DNA of 27,771 nt, taken from the IMG/VR virus record IMGVR_UViG_3300048606_000091; one strand, 5' to 3'. The stretch comes from a virus. Positions 22,780-27,771 of this stretch are shown piece after piece; position 1 is the first letter of the stretch, and the number at the start of each line of letters is the position of its first letter. Position numbers and translations under genes: made by a program. The notes under the pieces are model-generated. The model made no database searches. It was not told where the DNA came from and saw nothing but the letters and a program-made list of their open reading frames with translations.

Positions 22780-23159
22780 CGCAGGTCCGGGGACAGGCAG
22801 TTCATCCAGGAGATCTCCTCGAACCGAGAGGGATCGCGGTAGAGCACCGACGCCATGCCTGAGAAAATGTCTACCCTTGCCACCGTGCCGTACCGGCCGA
22901 AACAGTCGATGACCGGGTCGCCTATGCGGGGGCACCACCAGCGGGACTCCGGAGCGGCGCGGCCCTGGGCCAGCCGGTACCGAGCGTAGGAATAGACCGC
23001 GCGAGCAGGCAGGACCAGCCACCGATACCAGGCCATCGACAGCAGCTCCCACGGCCACGCGTGGGAATCAGGGGACGCCTGGGCAAGCTTTTTGGTCCGT
23101 GCGATGAACGATAGTTCCGCCCGAACCTGTCGTGCCGCACTAGCCAGTGAGCGGTTCAT
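22776..23159 (-). CDS. Hypothetical protein with a C-terminal SH3/KOW-like segment
   Basis: 127 aa from MNRSLA; RIGDPV..GRYGTVARV. Confidence 0.65.
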   Translation of the reverse strand: MNRSLASAARQVRAELSFIARTKKLAQASPDSHAWPWELLSMAWYRWLVLPARAVYSYARYRLAQGRAAPESRWWCPRIGDPVIDCFGRYGTVARVDIFSGMASVLYRDPSRFEEISWMNCLSPDLR

Positions 23160-23350
23160 GTCACGCTCGTTTTTCTCTTCGAGGGAGCGACGATGACCTC
23201 CAGCTCCACGATGAAATACCACCGCGTGACCAGCCGGCCGTCCAACAGCACGTGCGCGATCGGCGCCGAGCGGAACGTGCCCAGCTCCACCACCTTGCCC
23301 AGCTTGCCTGAGGGGGTGAGCACCCGGTTACCGATCACAGGCTCGCTCAT
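23156..23350 (-). CDS. Small SH3/KOW-like protein
   Basis: 64 aa from MSEPVIGNRV..SGKLGKVVEL; AAGGAG SD. Confidence 0.7.
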   Translation of the reverse strand: MSEPVIGNRVLTPSGKLGKVVELGTFRSAPIAHVLLDGRLVTRWYFIVELEVIVAPSKRKTSVT

Positions 23351-23538
23351 GCGGTGCTCCTTACCCGGGGACGGATGACCTCCAGGGTGGTGGCCAGATA
23401 GGTCTTGGTGGTGCCGTCCGTCTCCAGGATGACGCTGGCGCTCGGCGGGCGAAGACCGTCGTGCAGATCGACCAGCGCGATCACCCGACCCAGCAGCCCA
23501 CACCGGGTGAGCACTCGATCATGCAGCCGAGGGAGCAT
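23347..23538 (-). CDS. Small SH3/KOW-like protein
   Basis: 63 aa; RLHDRV..CGLLGRVIAL..LEVI. Confidence 0.7.
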   Translation of the reverse strand: MLPRLHDRVLTRCGLLGRVIALVDLHDGLRPPSASVILETDGTTKTYLATTLEVIRPRVRSTA

Positions 23539-24899
23539 CAGTACGCACCCATCCAGCGGGTGGGGCGGGCAGCTCTCTCCTGGCAGACCTTGCAGCGACG
23601 ACGCGGTTCCGTCGTGACCACACCCATGTCGCCACAGACCTCGCAGGGGAGCCCGCTCTGCAAGTCCGAGATCTGACGCTGCAGATTGGTGATTCGATCA
23701 GCGATCTGACCGGTGGCTGCATCCAGCTCGGCTACCGCGTCCACCAGACCCGTGTCGCTTGCCCTGCACGCCGCGCAGTAATGCCGGGGACCAGCCACGA
23801 AGCGCCCGCACGTCGAGCACCGAGACCGGCTGAACCTCTTCCGTGGCTTGGCATACGACACCAGCATCGCCGCGCTCAAGAGCAGCAGCGATGCCCCCAG
23901 CAGCGAGATCTGCACATCCTGACGACCGAAGCCTCCCGCCACCAGGCTCGCGGCAAGCGCCGTTACGGCCGTGCGCCACAGCACCACCGGGCCAACCCAC
24001 TTGAGCAGCCGGCCGAACATCCTGAACGGGAACACCAGCACCTTGGCGGACAGCACCACGAGCGTGCGCAGCGCCTGCATCCAAGACTTGCCCACCTCCC
24101 AGACCAGCGCGATCAACCCATTGATCCCCGCGAGCAGCAAGTCACGAACGCGTTCTGACCTGGTCAGAGGGGGTGGTGGCGGTGGTCCAGGCTCGGGCAG
24201 GTGCCAGGCGAACGGAGCCACGCCCAGCGGATCCCAGCGCGGTGGGCGAGAGCGGTCCGCCAGCAGCAACAGCTCCTGAGCCTCCCGTTCAGCCTGGGCT
24301 TCCTCCTCCAACTGAGCCGCGTACATAGCAGCCAGCCTCTTGTTCTCCGCGCGCAACTTGTGCTTGAGTGGGCCCGCATCGCCGGTTCCCTGGGCCTTAT
24401 GCTGATCTTCCATCAAGCCAGCGACAACCTTCAGCTGCGCCTCAATACCCGGAGTGAGCTGAACCTTCCCGTTCTCGATTCGCACACTAGAGCAGCAGCG
24501 GCACTCCGCGAGCCGCACCCGCTCAGTCGCAGACTTACCGGGGACAGAAACAACGAAGCCGCCGGCCGTCCGCGCGACGAACATCTGCACCGTGCCGAAG
24601 GAGGATCCGTAGATCGTGAAATGTGGGCTCAACCCATTGGTACCACCCCGGTTCAGCGCCCACGGCACGCACCAGCCCGTCTCACCCACACCCATGTCCA
24701 TGATCTCACGACCACGGTGACGGGGACGCTTCGTCCTCTGCGGGTTACGCGCCGGAGGACCCTCCGCGTCCAGGGCATCAACCTCAGCACAGGTGATTTT
24801 GTGATCGACCTCAGTGGTGACCGGCGGGCACTTAGGCTCATACATCCAGCTCGCTCGGACGTTGCCCGGGTAGGACTTGCCGAAGTTAGTGTTCGTCAT
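23538..24899 (-). CDS. Large membrane protein with coiled-coil and zinc-ribbon segments (MTNT start)
   Basis: 453 aa; TM segments, poly-Pro linker, CxxC pairs; ATGACGAACAC 6 nt after TAGGAT. Confidence 0.75.
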   Translation of the reverse strand: MTNTNFGKSYPGNVRASWMYEPKCPPVTTEVDHKITCAEVDALDAEGPPARNPQRTKRPRHRGREIMDMGVGETGWCVPWALNRGGTNGLSPHFTIYGSSFGTVQMFVARTAGGFVVSVPGKSATERVRLAECRCCSSVRIENGKVQLTPGIEAQLKVVAGLMEDQHKAQGTGDAGPLKHKLRAENKRLAAMYAAQLEEEAQAEREAQELLLLADRSRPPRWDPLGVAPFAWHLPEPGPPPPPPLTRSERVRDLLLAGINGLIALVWEVGKSWMQALRTLVVLSAKVLVFPFRMFGRLLKWVGPVVLWRTAVTALAASLVAGGFGRQDVQISLLGASLLLLSAAMLVSYAKPRKRFSRSRCSTCGRFVAGPRHYCAACRASDTGLVDAVAELDAATGQIADRITNLQRQISDLQSGLPCEVCGDMGVVTTEPRRRCKVCQERAARPTRWMGAY

Positions 24900-24928
24900 G
24901 CCTACATCCTACCCACCAGGACAAGGGG

Positions 24929-25177
24929 TTAGCGCTGCACGAGCAGCTTCGCGGCGGGCACCCGCTCCTCGGTGCCGCCCCAGGACACCAGCACCTCGAT
25001 CTCGGAGAGCAGCGCGAGCACCTTGCCGACCGTGCGGTGCTCGGTCTTGGCTCGCATCGACACCCGGGAGCCGGTGAACACCGGGCGGCGCTTGGAGTCG
25101 CGGACCAGGGAGCCGGGCTGCGAAGTGAGAGTGCCCCACTCCAGCATGCAATAGCGACCTGAAGACGGGGAGCCCAT
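24929..25177 (-). CDS. Small SH3/KOW-like protein
   Basis: 82 aa; VFTGSRV..VGKVLAL..VLVSW..ERVPAAKL. Confidence 0.65.
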   Translation of the reverse strand: MGSPSSGRYCMLEWGTLTSQPGSLVRDSKRRPVFTGSRVSMRAKTEHRTVGKVLALLSEIEVLVSWGGTEERVPAAKLLVQR

Positions 25178-25207
25178 CCCTAAGAATTACCAGACCGACC
25201 GAGATGA

Positions 25208-25465
25208 CTACACCCCCGAACGGGGAGCGGGTTTCGGATTCGGAGGCGTCCAGCTAGCCGCATCGGAAGACGAGTCGAACGTCCGAACCCGCTCCTCCCG
25301 AACCCAGGCATCCCACTGGCGCCAGGACCAGCCGAGCCACTCGTGCAGATCGACGTCCACATCCTCGGCGTCGTGCCACGCCTCGATAGCGCGCGCCACC
25401 TGCTGCTCGTCTTGGAGATCAATGGGGTGCTCCGCCAGCCGAGCCACCAGCCCTGGATCAGACAT
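25208..25465 (-). CDS. Hypothetical protein
   Basis: 85 aa from MSDPGL; IEAWH..LHEWLGWSW.QW.AWV motif. Confidence 0.7.
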   Translation of the reverse strand: MSDPGLVARLAEHPIDLQDEQQVARAIEAWHDAEDVDVDLHEWLGWSWRQWDAWVREERVRTFDSSSDAASWTPPNPKPAPRSGV

Positions 25466-25703
25466 CGCGGTTGGGATCCTCTCGATAAACATACAAGCAA
25501 AACATCAGGTGCAACCACCACAGACAGATACCGATGCCGGTCACGAATGCCCCGACCATCAGCACCAGCACCGACTCCATGCCCCAGCCCAAGAGCAGGG
25601 TGGCGATGGCCATCAACGCCACGAGCAGCCACAACCCGTCGACAACATGTCGAACTTCGGTGGCCGCCTCCAGCGAGATCGGGTGTTCCTGCTGCTCCAT
25701 CAC
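25458..25703 (-). CDS. Membrane protein
   Basis: 81 aa, two TM segments; GGAGG SD. Confidence 0.7.
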   Translation of the reverse strand: MMEQQEHPISLEAATEVRHVVDGLWLLVALMAIATLLLGWGMESVLVLMVGAFVTGIGICLWWLHLMFCLYVYREDPNRDV

Positions 25704-26461
25704 CGGATTCCCTCCTGCCCGAGCAGAGCGCGAGCCGCCTTGATGCGCACCGGGTTACGCTCGTTCGGCAACATCATCACGGCCAGATCCCAGAACTCCC
25801 CGGAGTCCCCCAGATAGCGGGCGTTGTCCAGCAGCTGAGCGGCGATCCGGACTCGACCGTGCATGGCCTGCAGCGCCTGGGCATCGGTCAGCGAAGCCAG
25901 CCCGGACTGATCAAAGTTCAGCGGCACGGTAGCGTTCTGCAGCGCCTGGCGGACCTCGACCAGCTGCTCCTGGGTCACCGCGAGCAACGCCTCCAGCTCC
26001 GCGATCCGGTGCCGGTCCTCACCCGAGGACGCAGCCGCCTTAGCGGTCACCTCTCGGACGGTCTTCAGATCCTGGGCCAGGCTGTCCTCGAACGCCGGGC
26101 GGTCGTTCACACCCGGATCGCGGTGGTTGCCCATGTCCAGGGTCCGCAGGTCGGGGTCCTCGACGCCAGCCATCTCGTCTTGATCCGCTGGCTGGGCCAG
26201 ACCGGAGCGCAGCTGCCACCACCGGTAGCCCTTGGGGAAGAACGCGAACTCCGCCCAGTAGTCCGGGGAGCACAACCGCAGCTTGGACGAGCCTGGGTCT
26301 TGGACCGTGAGTCCCTCGGACTCCTTGTAGGCACGGAGCAGAACGTTGAACAGGTGGAAGTCATGGCCTAGGCGAAACCGAAACTGCGGCTTGGCCAGAC
26401 CACCCCCGCAACCACACCGGCACAAGCCATCGCCATAGATCAGCAGGACTTTGTCAGGCAT
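25700..26461 (-). CDS. Hypothetical protein with an N-terminal CxCGCG...FxxGHD zinc-binding motif and a coiled coil
   Basis: 253 aa; LCRCGCGG..FRLGHD; AAGGA SD. Confidence 0.75.
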   Translation of the reverse strand: MPDKVLLIYGDGLCRCGCGGGLAKPQFRFRLGHDFHLFNVLLRAYKESEGLTVQDPGSSKLRLCSPDYWAEFAFFPKGYRWWQLRSGLAQPADQDEMAGVEDPDLRTLDMGNHRDPGVNDRPAFEDSLAQDLKTVREVTAKAAASSGEDRHRIAELEALLAVTQEQLVEVRQALQNATVPLNFDQSGLASLTDAQALQAMHGRVRIAAQLLDNARYLGDSGEFWDLAVMMLPNERNPVRIKAARALLGQEGIR

Positions 26462-26464
26462 GCA

Positions 26465-26911
26465 CTAATCCTTCGCCGGGACAGGGACTGGGACCCGAGC
26501 TGGTAGCAGCTGACCCGGCTTCAACTCACCGAACCAGACCTGCTGCAGCCATTCAGTGTATGGCCGAACCTGCCAGCCGAGCGACTGAGCCAGCGCGATC
26601 TCCACCCGTCTGCCGCGAGATGGTGGGAAGCCCTCCCGCTCGGGCAGCGTGGCAATCGCGTCCGCGCCTTCCATCATCGCGATGATGTCAGAACGGAGGT
26701 AGTCCTCCCATGTTGCCCCGCCAGCCGCAGCACCGTTGCAGCAGATCTCGTGTGGGGAGACGACCTGATACCCGAACCGACGAAGCTGGGCAGCTGCCAG
26801 CGTGAAAGCGGGGAAATTATTGTCGGGATAGCTGGTCATAGGTCCCGAGAGGTAGAGGCGAGGTAGCTGCATATCCTCTTCTACCGTTGAAAGCCCTTCT
26901 TCAACGCTCAA
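26465..26911 (-). CDS. DUF4406 family protein (nucleoside 2-deoxyribosyltransferase-like fold)
   Basis: YLSGPMT...NFPAF..AA..L...G..V.SP.E, W..Y...D, DAI..LP, S.G...E...A..LG; alternative start at ATG 26872. Confidence 0.88.
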   Translation of the reverse strand: MSVEEGLSTVEEDMQLPRLYLSGPMTSYPDNNFPAFTLAAAQLRRFGYQVVSPHEICCNGAAAGGATWEDYLRSDIIAMMEGADAIATLPEREGFPPSRGRRVEIALAQSLGWQVRPYTEWLQQVWFGELKPGQLLPARVPVPVPAKD

Positions 26912-26946
26912 AGCACCAGTCCTTGATCTTTAGAAGAGAATGCATG

Positions 26947-27234
26947 TCAATTCGTTTTCTCTCGGAATGCGGGAGAGCCGGCCTGCGACCAGGCTCGAGT
27001 TCGTACCTGGGGGGACGTGCGCTTACGACCGGTCTCGTGGTTGCCACGGCCGGGGCGCTGCGCCATCCAGAGCAGGAAGACACGCGCTGACCACACACAC
27101 TGCCCGTCACCGGAGCGTCGGTCCGGGATGGGCGGCGGAGCCTGATTCCGAGACACCAGGCTCCGCCAGGTCGAAGGCTTGCAACCGAGCAGCGCGGCGC
27201 ACTCACCGGTCGTGAGCACCGCCTCCTCCATCAC
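26947..27234 (-). CDS. HTH DNA-binding protein (excisionase/AlpA/MerR-like)
   Basis: LTTGECAALLGCKPSTWRSLVSRNQAPPP...W. Confidence 0.8.
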   Translation of the reverse strand: MMEEAVLTTGECAALLGCKPSTWRSLVSRNQAPPPIPDRRSGDGQCVWSARVFLLWMAQRPGRGNHETGRKRTSPQVRTRAWSQAGSPAFREKTN

Positions 27235-27270
27235 AAAGGAGGCTTCGACTTCGCAGCGGGGTGCTGCTTT

Positions 27271-27624
27271 CTACCGGAGAACTGTCTTGCAGTTAACCTG
27301 AGGGGAGCAAGTGCCCGTTCGATCGTGGGGAGCGCGACCGACATGGGCTGCCAACCACAGCCAGAAGGCTGCGAAGATCAACGGGGCGACCCGACCGGTG
27401 CGGCGGCGGGGATGCACGCCGAGCCAGTCTCGCAGCGTCGCCGAGAGGGTGGGGAAGGTCCCCCGGCGGAACGCCAGCGTCTCCAACACCGCGAACGAGG
27501 ACAGCGTGCCGACAAACCACGCCTTCCAGGCGATGTCCCAGTCAATCTTGCGTGTCACATGATTTCTCGCTGAATCAAGCACACGCCTCACTCCAATCTG
27601 AGTAGGCGTAAACCCATTTACCAT
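27271..27624 (-). CDS. Membrane protein
   Basis: 117 aa; W..WF....FAVLE..A....TLS..LR.WLG..P plus a hydrophobic C-terminal helix. Confidence 0.65.
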   Translation of the reverse strand: MVNGFTPTQIGVRRVLDSARNHVTRKIDWDIAWKAWFVGTLSSFAVLETLAFRRGTFPTLSATLRDWLGVHPRRRTGRVAPLIFAAFWLWLAAHVGRAPHDRTGTCSPQVNCKTVLR

Positions 27625-27771
27625 TGTTGTCTGGATACTCGTCAGTCAAACAATAGCGGTAAAGGGCAACGCGCGGGGTGGGGTCTCCATTGAAGTCCAA
27701 TACGGGGGTGGAGAACTCCTGGAAACGAGCGGGACGCAGATGAAAGCCTTCCGCATCGGTGTGCGGGTGCA

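Noticed and set aside
25343-26371. 342-aa plus-strand ORF
   Set aside because: Antisense shadow of well-formed minus-strand genes

Overview
High-GC window, almost entirely transcribed from the minus strand, that looks like part of a large actinobacteriophage genome (inferred from two tRNA clusters, many small hypothetical ORFs and no host housekeeping genes). It holds 12 near-canonical tRNAs plus one topologically rearranged tRNA-like gene (anticodon UAU). Recognisable CDSs are an RNase AS-like 3'-5' exonuclease, a HAD phosphatase, an ADP-ribosylglycohydrolase, a DUF4406 protein, an HTH protein and a lipoprotein. The dominant feature is a set of 20 unrelated genes (17 of them in a tandem cassette array at ~7.5-16.1 kb) that all begin with the same 11 nt, ATGACGAACAC (MTNT), 6-7 nt after a TAnnnT -10 box, i.e. 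predicted leaderless mRNAs with a shared 5' tag. Between tRNA-Pro and tRNA-Leu (19008-19060) a hairpin on the transcribed strand presents GGUGUUCGUCAUA, the exact antisense of that tag. All three variant tags among the 20 genes keep pairing through G-U wobble. This suggests a candidate one-to-many antisense switch: one tRNA-embedded small RNA addressing a whole regulon of leaderless genes. Also present are several other tRNA-adjacent hairpin RNAs, a possible second promoter class (GGGTAnnAC), an AT-rich/low-complexity ~0.9 kb region and a ~1.4 kb degenerate ~35-nt periodic array. All calls were made by eye, with no folding program or database search.
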